From positions 165,508 through 229,507 of IMG/VR virus record IMGVR_UViG_3300023313_000001: a DNA stretch of 64,000 bases, one strand, 5' to 3'. Below the pieces are notes generated by a model that saw only the letters and a list, made by a program, of their open reading frames with translations, made no database searches and was not told the origin of the DNA. Each line of letters starts with the position of its first letter. Position 1 is the first letter of the stretch. Positions 30,239-40,105 of this stretch are shown here, piece after piece. The position numbers and the translations under genes were made by a program.

Positions 30239-31132
30239 ATGGCACGTAGATCACTCGCTGATATGAAAAGCGCATACCAAACCCCAAGTGATTCGGAAGG
30301 ATCACGCCCAAACAATTACTACCCATTCTATAATATGGACTTTGATGAAAAAGCAACCATCAGATTCCTTCCAGACTTAAATGAAGAAAATCCTCTAGGA
30401 TTTTTATTGGAAAAACTTACCCATAATTTAATTATAGATGGCGAAAAAAAGAACGTCCCGTGTCTTAAAATGTATGAAGACAATTGTCCCATCTGCAAGC
30501 AATCTGCTGCATTCTATAAAGAAGATGCAGATAACGGAATCGAGGACTCTCCACGAGGGAAAGCATTATATCGTCGCAAGCAACATTTAGCTCAAGTATT
30601 AGTAGTGCAAGATCCTCTCAAATACAAAGAAGGACAAGAATCTGCTGCTGGCACAGTTAAATTAGTCAACTTAGGTTTCTCGATTTACAACAAAATTACT
30701 GAAGCCTTTAAAGAAGATGAATTAGAAGAGGTGCCTGATGATTATGAAGCAGGTACAGACTTTATGATCAAGAAAGTCAAAAAGGGTAAATGGGCTAATT
30801 ACGATAATAGTAAATTTCTCAAACGCGAACGTGCACTCACAGAATCAGAATTGGCTGTGGTAGAGGGTAGTTTAATTGACTTATCAAGTTTGCTTCCAAA
30901 AAATCCTACCGCCGAACACCTCGAAAAAATGTTAACATCACACATTACCAACGCTCCTATGGAAACGACTTCCACTCCATCACAAGCTACATCACGTGAA
31001 GAAAGTGTATCGTCTGTGGATACTGTGAAAACATCAGCTTCCACCATATCAGATGCTGTAGATGTTAATGATGCTGATGCTGATGATGTTGACGCTATTC
31101 TAGCAGACATCAGACGCCGTCGTAAAGCATAA
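30239..31132 (+). CDS. gp32: Single-stranded DNA-binding protein (gp32-like)
   Basis: ATIRFLPD, H..CL..CPIC Zn site, LVVQDP, GTDF.IK..YDNSKF, acidic tail. Confidence 0.88.
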   Translation: MARRSLADMKSAYQTPSDSEGSRPNNYYPFYNMDFDEKATIRFLPDLNEENPLGFLLEKLTHNLIIDGEKKNVPCLKMYEDNCPICKQSAAFYKEDADNGIEDSPRGKALYRRKQHLAQVLVVQDPLKYKEGQESAAGTVKLVNLGFSIYNKITEAFKEDELEEVPDDYEAGTDFMIKKVKKGKWANYDNSKFLKRERALTESELAVVEGSLIDLSSLLPKNPTAEHLEKMLTSHITNAPMETTSTPSQATSREESVSSVDTVKTSASTISDAVDVNDADADDVDAILADIRRRRKA

Positions 31133-31155
31133 TAGACTTTAACAAGTAACAAAGT

Positions 31156-31181
31156 AAAAGGGGAATATCATTCCCCTTTTT
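31156..31181 (+). terminator. Intrinsic terminator
   Basis: aaaaggggaat-atc-attccccttttt. Confidence 0.75.
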
Positions 31182-31192
31182 AGGAGACTCGT

Positions 31193-32326
31193 ATGGCAGA
31201 TTTAAGTTTTATGAATGACTTTGAAAAAAGTCTCGATAAAATGGAAAATGTAAGCAGACAAAGCACACCACCATCGCACTGGTACAACACTGGAAATTAT
31301 GTATTGAATTATATATTGTCTGGAAAGTTTGACTGTGGCATCCCCGTTGGTAGAGTAACAGCATTAGCTGGACCATCAGGATCAGGTAAAAGTTTCATCC
31401 AATGTAATGTGGCAGCACATGCACAAGAGGACGATGCTATTGTAGTAATGATAGATAGTGAAGGAGCATTGGATGATGAATTTACTAGCAAAATCGGGAT
31501 AGACCCATCTAATCCAGCATATTACTATGTATCCACAATTACTATCGATGATACTATCAAAATAGCTTCAAACTTCATGAAAGGCTACAAGAAAGATCAT
31601 AAAGATGATATGATGAATGGACCCAAGGTATTGCTAATAATTGACAGTCTGGATATGCTATTAACAAACACAGAAAATACCCACTTCGAAAAGGGAGATG
31701 GAAAAGGCGACCAAGGTCAACGAGCTAAGCAAATAAAAGCGTTTCTGAGGAATATGGTTCAACAAGTGAAAAATACCAATATAGCATTGGTAGTAACTCA
31801 CCAAGTATATGAAGCTACACAGGAAATGATCCTCAAAGGAAAGTCTGATGGAAACTGGGTAATAAACAACGCTGTTAAATATTCTCTATCCCACTTACTG
31901 CTACTAACCAAATTGAAACTCAAAGATGGTGCGGAAATATCTGGAATTAAAATGAAGTGCCAAGCAGTCAAAACTCGCTTCACTAAACCGTTCCAAGACG
32001 TGGTAATTGAAGTTCCTTACGATAAAGGAATGGATCCATACTCTGGATTGTGTGAAGTAGCTGAAGCTCTTGGGGTAATTTCTTCCAGAGGATCTCGTAA
32101 ATATTTTACAGAGGATGGTAAAGACGGTTCATCCTTCTATGCTAAATCTATAGCCGATCATAAAGATAGACTATTTTCATTAATTGAGCAAATGGACAAC
32201 GCTTCGATTGAAATGACTGACACGTTAGGACTGGAAGAAAACCTCAATGCTGAATCTAAACCACAACAAGCCAAACGTCGTAAAAATAGAATCACTGCAA
32301 TTTCAGATCAAATGAATCCTGACTGA
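31193..32326 (+). CDS. uvsX: RecA-like recombinase UvsX
   Basis: TGNYVLNYILSG, GIPVGRVT.LAGPSGSGKS, IDSEGA, IIDSL, K.RFTKPF. Confidence 0.92.
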   Translation: MADLSFMNDFEKSLDKMENVSRQSTPPSHWYNTGNYVLNYILSGKFDCGIPVGRVTALAGPSGSGKSFIQCNVAAHAQEDDAIVVMIDSEGALDDEFTSKIGIDPSNPAYYYVSTITIDDTIKIASNFMKGYKKDHKDDMMNGPKVLLIIDSLDMLLTNTENTHFEKGDGKGDQGQRAKQIKAFLRNMVQQVKNTNIALVVTHQVYEATQEMILKGKSDGNWVINNAVKYSLSHLLLLTKLKLKDGAEISGIKMKCQAVKTRFTKPFQDVVIEVPYDKGMDPYSGLCEVAEALGVISSRGSRKYFTEDGKDGSSFYAKSIADHKDRLFSLIEQMDNASIEMTDTLGLEENLNAESKPQQAKRRKNRITAISDQMNPD

Positions 32327-32341
32327 TCTGGAGTACGTTGT

Positions 32342-34012
32342 GTGGCTATATCTTTAGATCAACAAAAAGCCATATGTGACAATATCCACAATAATCAATA
32401 TGATTACTCATTGTGGGTCACAGATATCATCAACAAGGATGTTGTGGAGATAATATGCAGTACCCATGGAAAGTTCGCCCAAAAACTTGCAACTCATAAA
32501 GCAGGAAGTGGCTGTCCAGAATGTGGCAAAATAACACAAACTGCTAAAAAAAGACAGTCCTTAACACACTTCATCGACTTATGTGCTACAAAACATAACG
32601 ACAAATATGATTACTCATTGATACCTAAAAACGTCCAACGTCATGATTGTGTCGATATTATATGTCCTCACCATGGGATATTTAACCAACGGTTAAACAG
32701 TCACATCAATGGGAGTGGTTGCAACAACTGTGCATCTATATCGAGAGGAATCGCAAATGCAAAAACCAAAAAGCAATATCAGCATATCTGCAATACAAAA
32801 CACCATCAAAAGTATGACTATTCGTTATGGAGTGACAATGTACGAAGTACCAACCATGTCGATATTATATGTCCTCACCATGGGATATTTAACCAACGGT
32901 TAAACAGTCACATCAATGGGAGTGGTTGTAAGAAGTGTAGTTTAATTTCATACAAACAAACAATGGTGGACATGTTTGGAGTTGACCATCCTCACCATAG
33001 ACATATATTACCACAGACCTTAGCATTATTGGATGATCCACAATGGCTGACCACCCAACACGTAACTTACAAGAAACCTATTACTCAAATAGCAAGTGAA
33101 TTGTTTGTTGACGACACCACTGTCAATCGCAGATTGGTAAAATTTAACATTCCAATCATTCACTATACCCAATCAATGGGAGAGAAACAAGTACTACAAT
33201 TCATTAGGCAACTAGGTATTGAAGCACTCTCTGGTGACAGGATTATGATTAAACCATATGAACTTGACATATATATCCCTTCACATAACTTAGCAATAGA
33301 ATATTGTGGGTTGTATTGGCATAGTGAACAACAAGGAAAAGATAGATGGTACCACCAAAATAAACACGTTTTGTGTAAAAATCAGAACATTCAATTATTA
33401 ACTATATTCGAAGACGAGTGGGTAACTAGAGCACCACAAGTTAAACGAAAATTAAGACACTTGCTACATAAAACCCTATCCGATAGAATATTTGCACGCA
33501 AATGTTCATTAATAGATGTGTCTACTAATAATAAGAAACTGTTTTTCGATCAACATCATATCCAGGGAAATGGTCCTGGAAGTATCAATTTAGGATTAGA
33601 ACATAATGGCAATCTAGTCGCATGTATGAGCTTTATTAAACATAAACACCACCACTACTACCTGAATAGATATGCAACATCCTGTACTGTTGTGGGGGGG
33701 TTTTCTAAATTATTAAAGTGGTTTGAAAACACAGTGAGCTGGAACACCATCGTGTCTTTTGCAGATAATAGGTGGAGTAATGGTGATTTATATTTTCAAA
33801 CAGGATGGACTTTAGACAAAGTAATACCTCCAGATTACAGTTATTCTCCTGACAGCAAACAACGGCTTCACAAATTTAACTATAGGCGAATACATCTGCC
33901 AAAAAAGTTGAAACATTACGACGAACTATTATCTGAACGTCAGAATTGTGACGCTAATGGAGTATTGCGGATTTGGGATTGTGGAAAAATGAGATTCATA
34001 AAACGTTGTTAG
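32342..34012 (+). CDS. Hef-like homing endonuclease with three YDYS/CxxHG Zn repeats
   Basis: YDYS..IICPHHG..GC..C three times; ELDIYIPSHNLAIEYCGLYWHSE; SFADNRWS; RIWDCG. Confidence 0.78.
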   Translation: MAISLDQQKAICDNIHNNQYDYSLWVTDIINKDVVEIICSTHGKFAQKLATHKAGSGCPECGKITQTAKKRQSLTHFIDLCATKHNDKYDYSLIPKNVQRHDCVDIICPHHGIFNQRLNSHINGSGCNNCASISRGIANAKTKKQYQHICNTKHHQKYDYSLWSDNVRSTNHVDIICPHHGIFNQRLNSHINGSGCKKCSLISYKQTMVDMFGVDHPHHRHILPQTLALLDDPQWLTTQHVTYKKPITQIASELFVDDTTVNRRLVKFNIPIIHYTQSMGEKQVLQFIRQLGIEALSGDRIMIKPYELDIYIPSHNLAIEYCGLYWHSEQQGKDRWYHQNKHVLCKNQNIQLLTIFEDEWVTRAPQVKRKLRHLLHKTLSDRIFARKCSLIDVSTNNKKLFFDQHHIQGNGPGSINLGLEHNGNLVACMSFIKHKHHHYYLNRYATSCTVVGGFSKLLKWFENTVSWNTIVSFADNRWSNGDLYFQTGWTLDKVIPPDYSYSPDSKQRLHKFNYRRIHLPKKLKHYDELLSERQNCDANGVLRIWDCGKMRFIKRC

Positions 34013-34107
34013 CTCTACCACTTAACATGAATGCAGTTAAACGATTTACGTTATAATATTTATTGAGTATGATAGGATTCATATATTATTGTTAAGGTCA
34101 CTATATA

Positions 34108-35175
34108 ATGAACATTAGACAACCCCATGAAATGCTAAACGATGGATTACTTGTTAGACATCTTGCTGGCAGTCGTGCATATGGCACCAGTCTTCCAACG
34201 TCAGATACTGACATTAGAGGAATATTCTGTGCAGACGAGGTATATCATCGTAGTCCTTGGTTTTCAGTTAATGAAATATCTATACCTGATGAAGAAGATA
34301 CCAAATACTATGAGCTAACCAAATATATGCAGTTATTAGTCGACCAAAATCCTAATATTATAGAATCGTTATGGGTAGACACTTCCACCATTATCCAAGC
34401 CTCTCCAGCATACGAGTATCTACGATCCAAGCGATCTGAACTATTGAGTTCCAAAGTAGCATTTACATTTTCAGGATATGCTATAGCTCAGTTGAAGAGA
34501 ATAAAAGGTCATAACAAATGGATCACTAATCCCCAACCTGAACACTCTCCGAACCAGATCGACTATGTATCTCTTGTGCAAAATTTTTCTAAAGAAAAGA
34601 TATTGAAAATGGATAAGACCATAATGAAATCGCTTCGTCAGGACCACAGACTAATTTCATATGGTGGTAATGTATTCGGGATATATGATGCTCCAGGATG
34701 CAAATTGTTTGATGACCAATACACATTAAATACCAACAATGATGTTGATAGAACCAACCTAGGCTATCCAAAACTTATTATTAAATTCAACAAAGAAGAA
34801 TATCGCAAAGCGAAAGAACTATGGAAAAATTATTGGTCTTGGAAGAAACATCGTAACGAGGCTCGAGCCAGCTTAGAGGAACAGTTTGGTTTAGATACTA
34901 AACACGCCATGCACTTGGTTCGATTACTTAGAATGGGCAAAGAAATACTAACAGAAGGTGAGGTCTACGTGATGAGACCTGATGCTAGTGAATTATTGGA
35001 TATTAGAAATGGTAAATGGTCATATGAAGAATTGGTTAACTACGCTGAAGAAATGGATAATGAGATCACCAACACTTACTACAAAAATGCCGTTATTCAA
35101 AAACGTGTCTGTCCCAAGGTTGCAACAGAAATTTTACTCAACACTCAACAGCGTGTCTGGGACGCCAGATCATAA
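34108..35175 (+). CDS. Pol-beta-superfamily nucleotidyltransferase (RlaP / NrdC.11-like)
   Basis: GSRAYGTSLPTSDTDIRGIF; NPNIIE.L; DTKHAMHLVRLL..E; LL.IR.G. Confidence 0.85.
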   Translation: MNIRQPHEMLNDGLLVRHLAGSRAYGTSLPTSDTDIRGIFCADEVYHRSPWFSVNEISIPDEEDTKYYELTKYMQLLVDQNPNIIESLWVDTSTIIQASPAYEYLRSKRSELLSSKVAFTFSGYAIAQLKRIKGHNKWITNPQPEHSPNQIDYVSLVQNFSKEKILKMDKTIMKSLRQDHRLISYGGNVFGIYDAPGCKLFDDQYTLNTNNDVDRTNLGYPKLIIKFNKEEYRKAKELWKNYWSWKKHRNEARASLEEQFGLDTKHAMHLVRLLRMGKEILTEGEVYVMRPDASELLDIRNGKWSYEELVNYAEEMDNEITNTYYKNAVIQKRVCPKVATEILLNTQQRVWDARS

Positions 35176-35179
35176 TATC

Positions 35180-35539
35180 ATGCAATTATTTCATGAACGA
35201 GATACACAATATGCTGCACACACTAAACATATACTACAACGACTAGTCCATGTCACTCAAGCAATAATAGAGTACCAACCATTACCAGCTGGAGGAACAA
35301 TTAGATGGACTGCAATAGAGTTAATATTTAAAGATGGGGTAGAAATGTTAGGAATCGTTGGCGTGGTACTACTGACTAACGATGACGGTCATAATCTTCA
35401 ATCCAAATTGCACGGACTGATTCCTATGTCAACTGTGTTAAAATTTAATAAACAGCTAATATTTGAATATTTTGACACCCAAGCTCGTAGTGCGTTGTTT
35501 GCAAATACTGGCATTACTGATACTGACACCATACACTGA
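35180..35539 (+). CDS. Hypothetical protein
   Basis: ORF between NTase and uvsY. Confidence 0.5.
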   Translation: MQLFHERDTQYAAHTKHILQRLVHVTQAIIEYQPLPAGGTIRWTAIELIFKDGVEMLGIVGVVLLTNDDGHNLQSKLHGLIPMSTVLKFNKQLIFEYFDTQARSALFANTGITDTDTIH

Positions 35540-35550
35540 GGAGTATATTA

Positions 35551-36009
35551 ATGAGTTATTTTCTGGACTTAAAAGATGACTTTTCTAATTTTGACGCTTT
35601 AATAACACACTATGATGATCAACTAGCTAATGTTGAACAAGATTTAGACCCCAGCAATAAATCTCTACACGATGCTAATAAAGCTCACCCAGTATCTTAC
35701 CAACAATATGCTGGTTTACGCAGCGAACTCAAAGCCTTGGAACGATATGTTGATATGCTATACACTAGGCAAAAAGGACTTGCACGTAAACGATTAATGG
35801 AAACGAGCAACATAGCATACGGAGCAAGAGACTTAGACGTTATTGTTGCTGCTGATGATAGAGTTATTGCCACGCAGAAATTTTTAATAATCACTCAAGA
35901 ATTGCTAGGACAATATGATGTAGTAGTCAAAGCATTCGAGCACCTAGGATACAAACTTAAAAATATAACTGATGCTAGAATAGCTGAAGTTCATCAATTT
36001 GTAATATGA
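35551..36009 (+). CDS. uvsY: Recombination mediator UvsY-like
   Basis: Helical 152 aa, ends KAFEHLGYKLKNITDARIA; directly before UvsW. Confidence 0.65.
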   Translation: MSYFLDLKDDFSNFDALITHYDDQLANVEQDLDPSNKSLHDANKAHPVSYQQYAGLRSELKALERYVDMLYTRQKGLARKRLMETSNIAYGARDLDVIVAADDRVIATQKFLIITQELLGQYDVVVKAFEHLGYKLKNITDARIAEVHQFVI

Positions 36010-36010
36010 A

Positions 36011-37471
36011 ATGAATATGACCGAACTAACTATAATTATTAAAGATGAAATTAACTGTAACTTAATTGGAATAAGTAGTGAACATAATGACATACTATAC
36101 AACCAATTCGGATTAAAAATAAACAACTGGTTCTTTAACCCAAAAGTTAAGCTTGGGGTATGGGATGGAAAGATAAGACTATATTCCAGTACTGGAAAAA
36201 CATACGTGTATCTTCTTGAGCAGATCGTCCCTAGGTTACTCAAGTGGAAATATGATGTCAGGCTGCAAGACAACCGTAAATCTGATATGCTGGATATGGA
36301 CCCTATCAGTGCTGATATATTCTCTCATGTGAAGAATGAACACGGAGATCCATATATCCTTCGCCCGTATCAAGTCGAAGCTGTAAACGCTGTGTTACAC
36401 TCAAACGGCGGAATAATAATTGCGGGAACTGGTGCTGGAAAAACATTAATTGGAGCATCAATTGCAAAATCGTACGAAGAGCATGATCTTAAAACTATCA
36501 CTATAGTTCCCAGTAAAACGCTAGTCTTTCAATCAGCAGAAGACTATAAAATGTGGGGACTAGATTGTGGACAATATTGTGGTGACATTAAAGAATTAGG
36601 TCACCAACATATGGTCACCACGTGGCAAAGTTTACAAAACGTACCTACTATTCTCAAAGACTACGACGTGGTCAATGTTGATGAGTGTCACGGAGCTAAA
36701 GCCATGGTTCTAGCTAAAATGTTAGAACAGCATGGTAATCATATGGTGTACAGGTTTGGTATGACTGGAACTATGCCTGATTATGAATTAGACAACTTAC
36801 AAGTCAAACTCATGTTAGGTGACGTTAAATATGAGATCCCTGCTCACAGTCTGATAGATGGAGGGTTCTTATCTACCATTAAAATCACTATCAAACAACT
36901 GGTAGAACCTTTTGATGACCAATATTTTCCGGATTACACTTCAGAAAAAAACTACCTACAAAGTGCTAAACCGAGATCAAAATGGATTGCTGAGTTCACG
37001 GATAACCTCAGTAACCAAAAGAATAGTAATGTGTTGATGCTGGTGACATCTATTGCTGCCGGTAAACAACTTACCAAAATGATTCCCAACGCCCATTTTG
37101 TATATGGGGCAGATAAAACCACTGCCAGAAAAAACATATACAATTTATTTAAAACTGAAAACAACCTAGTAGTTGTTACAACAGCGCAGGTTGCAGGAAC
37201 TGGGTTAAGCATCAACCGTATATTTAATTTAATATTAGTTGATATAGGTAAGTCATCCATTAGAGTGATTCAAGCGATTGGTAGAGGGTTGCGTAAAGAT
37301 TCTAAGACTGGTAAGACTCATTGTAATGCGTACGACATTTGCTCGTCTCTAAAACACTCTAGAAAACATCTAACAGCTCGAACTAAACACTATCGTGATC
37401 ATCAATACCCCTACAAAATAGAACGAATAGAATACCATGAGTCTAATCCCATAGACAGTGACTCATTATAA
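36011..37471 (+). CDS. uvsW: SF2 helicase UvsW
   Basis: GVWDGKIRL, LRPYQ, GTGAGKT, DECH, GMTGT, QAIGRGLR. Confidence 0.92.
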   Translation: MNMTELTIIIKDEINCNLIGISSEHNDILYNQFGLKINNWFFNPKVKLGVWDGKIRLYSSTGKTYVYLLEQIVPRLLKWKYDVRLQDNRKSDMLDMDPISADIFSHVKNEHGDPYILRPYQVEAVNAVLHSNGGIIIAGTGAGKTLIGASIAKSYEEHDLKTITIVPSKTLVFQSAEDYKMWGLDCGQYCGDIKELGHQHMVTTWQSLQNVPTILKDYDVVNVDECHGAKAMVLAKMLEQHGNHMVYRFGMTGTMPDYELDNLQVKLMLGDVKYEIPAHSLIDGGFLSTIKITIKQLVEPFDDQYFPDYTSEKNYLQSAKPRSKWIAEFTDNLSNQKNSNVLMLVTSIAAGKQLTKMIPNAHFVYGADKTTARKNIYNLFKTENNLVVVTTAQVAGTGLSINRIFNLILVDIGKSSIRVIQAIGRGLRKDSKTGKTHCNAYDICSSLKHSRKHLTARTKHYRDHQYPYKIERIEYHESNPIDSDSL

Positions 37472-37528
37472 TTGTTGACAGTCGGTATCCACTGACTGTA
37501 TACTATACTAGACTATATAGGAGCATAT

Positions 37529-38014
37529 ATGTTAATTTTAGACGACAATAATAAAGCCATTGTGTTAAACAGTATTCACGTGCCAACATCGGCAACTCAC
37601 TTCTGGGTGTTAGACTTGCAACTATTAGATTATACCCTAGCTCCACTGTTAGTACTTGAGGAAATCTGGTGCCCGTCGATAGCTATTCAAATCGAAGGAT
37701 ACCAGTTTAGTATACCTGCAACTTGGAATTTGTTAGTTATGGACGAAGACACATCGCAATTAGATATTGTGGCAATAAAAGATATTGCGGGCAAACCGTT
37801 TAAGGCTATGGTGTTAGACCACCAACGTAACACAGCTCATGGCAGTCAAATTAGAGTAATGGACTACAGCAACGAATCCCATAACGTAAATCCTTCGTTG
37901 AACCGGCATCACATGTTATGTCATCCGATAGGCCCAACTAACTGGATATGCATTGCTCCTAATGATTCGTACAATAAATACCTCAAAAATTTAGTAGTAG
38001 GAGATATACTATGA
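37529..38014 (+). CDS. Hypothetical protein
   Basis: AGGAG RBS and TTGACA/TATACT-type promoter upstream. Confidence 0.6.
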   Translation: MLILDDNNKAIVLNSIHVPTSATHFWVLDLQLLDYTLAPLLVLEEIWCPSIAIQIEGYQFSIPATWNLLVMDEDTSQLDIVAIKDIAGKPFKAMVLDHQRNTAHGSQIRVMDYSNESHNVNPSLNRHHMLCHPIGPTNWICIAPNDSYNKYLKNLVVGDIL

Positions 38015-38517
38015 TATACACCCCCAGAGATAAGTTATCAACACACTTCACCCATTATGAAGTGTGTAAATCGTCTACAGCAGCTAGACATGACATCGAC
38101 AACACTCCTAGTGAGCAAATTTTAGTAGCTGCTTCAGGGCTGGCAGAGAATGTGCTCGAACCAATCAGAAATCATTTCGGAATCCCATTCTCTCCCCAGT
38201 CATGGTACCGAGGAGAGGCACTGGAGAAGCTTATAACAGTAAACAGCTTTGTACGATGGTCTAAACGCAAAGGGTATCCTCAACCTGATCAATCAGCATG
38301 GGATGATTATTTTGCCAGGAAGAGTCACCCCAGAGGACAAGCTGCAGATATTGAAATTCCGTCAATACCAAATGATACCCTGTATGACTGGATTCGTGCA
38401 AATTTAGAGTACGACCAACTTATCAGAGAATTTGCAAAAGCTGGAGACCCTTACTCTGGTTGGGTACACGTGTCCTGGGCAGGAAAAAATAATCGTAACC
38501 AACATTTCACTATATGA
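38011..38517 (+). CDS. Peptidase M15A family Zn peptidase (peptidoglycan hydrolase)
   Basis: LSTHFT..E, SWYR, SHPRGQAADI, DQLIRE, WVHVS. Confidence 0.85.
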   Translation: MIYTPRDKLSTHFTHYEVCKSSTAARHDIDNTPSEQILVAASGLAENVLEPIRNHFGIPFSPQSWYRGEALEKLITVNSFVRWSKRKGYPQPDQSAWDDYFARKSHPRGQAADIEIPSIPNDTLYDWIRANLEYDQLIREFAKAGDPYSGWVHVSWAGKNNRNQHFTI

Positions 38518-38538
38518 TGTACCATGGAGACCCTCATT

Positions 38539-38931
38539 ATGGCTAAGACCCCTAGAAAACGTAAATTAAAACCCCAAACCTTGATAGAATTTAAAGCATG
38601 GTTATCTGGTGTGGAAGAGATGCACGACGACGACTGGATACCAAACGCAACACAATGGTCTCTAATTAAACAACGAATTGATTTAGTATGTGACCAGGTA
38701 GTTGATCATCCTCCCCAAGCATCACAGCACCATGAGGATTCTAGGCCTAGCACAGTTCAGCCATACGTTCCACCATCTGTCCCGATGCCTGGTACAGCAT
38801 TTGATAACGTTGAGGTGGTTGGATCGACTGCGTTACCTCAACGTCCACCTGTCACACCTTCACCGATGATGGACACAGGAGTAACCCCAGATATAGACTC
38901 ATCCGCAGGTTATACTTCTGGGTTTGAGTAA
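38539..38931 (+). CDS. Hypothetical protein
   Basis: EFKAWLSGVEEM..W.PNATQW..I domain and Pro-rich tail. Confidence 0.55.
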   Translation: MAKTPRKRKLKPQTLIEFKAWLSGVEEMHDDDWIPNATQWSLIKQRIDLVCDQVVDHPPQASQHHEDSRPSTVQPYVPPSVPMPGTAFDNVEVVGSTALPQRPPVTPSPMMDTGVTPDIDSSAGYTSGFE

Positions 38932-39478
38932 TATGAAAGGATCTAAGTTGCAGGATAGGTTTCTATGGCACGATGGGAGCATCACAGTGAAATTTGATAA
39001 TGTGGTTACCTTCTTAGACCATATAAAACACCTTTATGTAGACGAAATGACCCCAGAAATTGTTCAGTATAACAAATTTAGTCCAGGTACTGACCAAATC
39101 ACCGTAAAGCGTTCAATGGTACCGCTAAACACTAGTTGGAGAATTCCTGAACCATATTTAAATATGGATATGTTGAGCTGGATTACCAATACGTTACATA
39201 AGTTACGAACTATTGATAGAATGTCTACAGAAGATTTTGACATTCGCTTAGAACGTGTGATGATGGAATTTAAAGAGTTTAAACGATTAAATATGCTTGA
39301 GATACTACGCTCCCTAATTTATATCATAAATACATTTGAACAACACGATGTAGTGTGGGGTCCAGGACGAGGTAGCAGCGTATCGTCGTATATGTTATAC
39401 CTAATTGGCGTACACGATGTAGATAGTGTAGAATATGATTTGGACATATCTGATTTTATTAAAGATATCCAACAATAG
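38924..39478 (+). CDS. dnaE: Miniature DNA polymerase III alpha, N fragment (palm N-part)
   Basis: R...E......L..LIYI...F...VVWGPGRGSSVSSYMLYLIGVHDVD..YDL...F equals DnaE GPGRGS region. Confidence 0.85.
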   Translation: MSNMKGSKLQDRFLWHDGSITVKFDNVVTFLDHIKHLYVDEMTPEIVQYNKFSPGTDQITVKRSMVPLNTSWRIPEPYLNMDMLSWITNTLHKLRTIDRMSTEDFDIRLERVMMEFKEFKRLNMLEILRSLIYIINTFEQHDVVWGPGRGSSVSSYMLYLIGVHDVDSVEYDLDISDFIKDIQQ

Positions 39479-39487
39479 GAGATAACC

Positions 39488-39796
39488 ATGGTTAAGAAAG
39501 TCCGAAGTGCACGAGGTGTGGAAGTAAACTTTGACGCACTCAAAATTAAAGAACAATTGGCTGATAGTCCAGCCCCAATGGAGGTCCAAGCACGTGAGGA
39601 TTTTGTAGATCAACGGCTCAAGCGTAGAGCTCGTAGACAAGCCCAACAAGCTGCAGCGGCTCTAGCGTTAGAGCAAACACAACCAGAAGAACAACCATCG
39701 GAATCCACACCAGAGGAACCTGTAGTTGATACTGCAGCAGTTGAACCCATTGTGGAACAACCTCGTAAGCAAAAAACTAAATCTAAGAAAAAATAA
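39488..39796 (+). CDS. Hypothetical protein
   Basis: RSARGVEVNFDALKIK N-motif; AGGAG RBS. Confidence 0.6.
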   Translation: MVKKVRSARGVEVNFDALKIKEQLADSPAPMEVQAREDFVDQRLKRRARRQAQQAAAALALEQTQPEEQPSESTPEEPVVDTAAVEPIVEQPRKQKTKSKKK

Positions 39797-39797
39797 C

Positions 39798-40103
39798 ATG
39801 AATTTAACTCCAATACACGACAATATAGTTATACAGTTCAAAGACGAAGTTCGAAACGGTTTTTTTGTAGACTCGCCAAGTTCTAACGTTGGGATAGTTA
39901 CTGACTTGGGTGGGAACCATGAACGCTCTGGGAAATATTGTAGAATAGCCACGGTGAAAAGCGTTGGACAGGCAGTAACTGAAATAACTGTAGGAGATAC
40001 CATCGTTATAGATCATTTAATGTGGACTACTGGTTTTAAGTTCGATGGTGAAATGTATTGGATGACTCAACCAAAATGTATTGTAGGGTTAATGCAGGAG
40101 TAA
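39798..40103 (+). CDS. groES: GroES-like co-chaperonin
   Basis: LTPIHDNIVI, V.SVG..V..I.VGD.IV, C-terminal IVG. Confidence 0.75.
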   Translation: MNLTPIHDNIVIQFKDEVRNGFFVDSPSSNVGIVTDLGGNHERSGKYCRIATVKSVGQAVTEITVGDTIVIDHLMWTTGFKFDGEMYWMTQPKCIVGLMQE

Positions 40104-40105
40104 TC

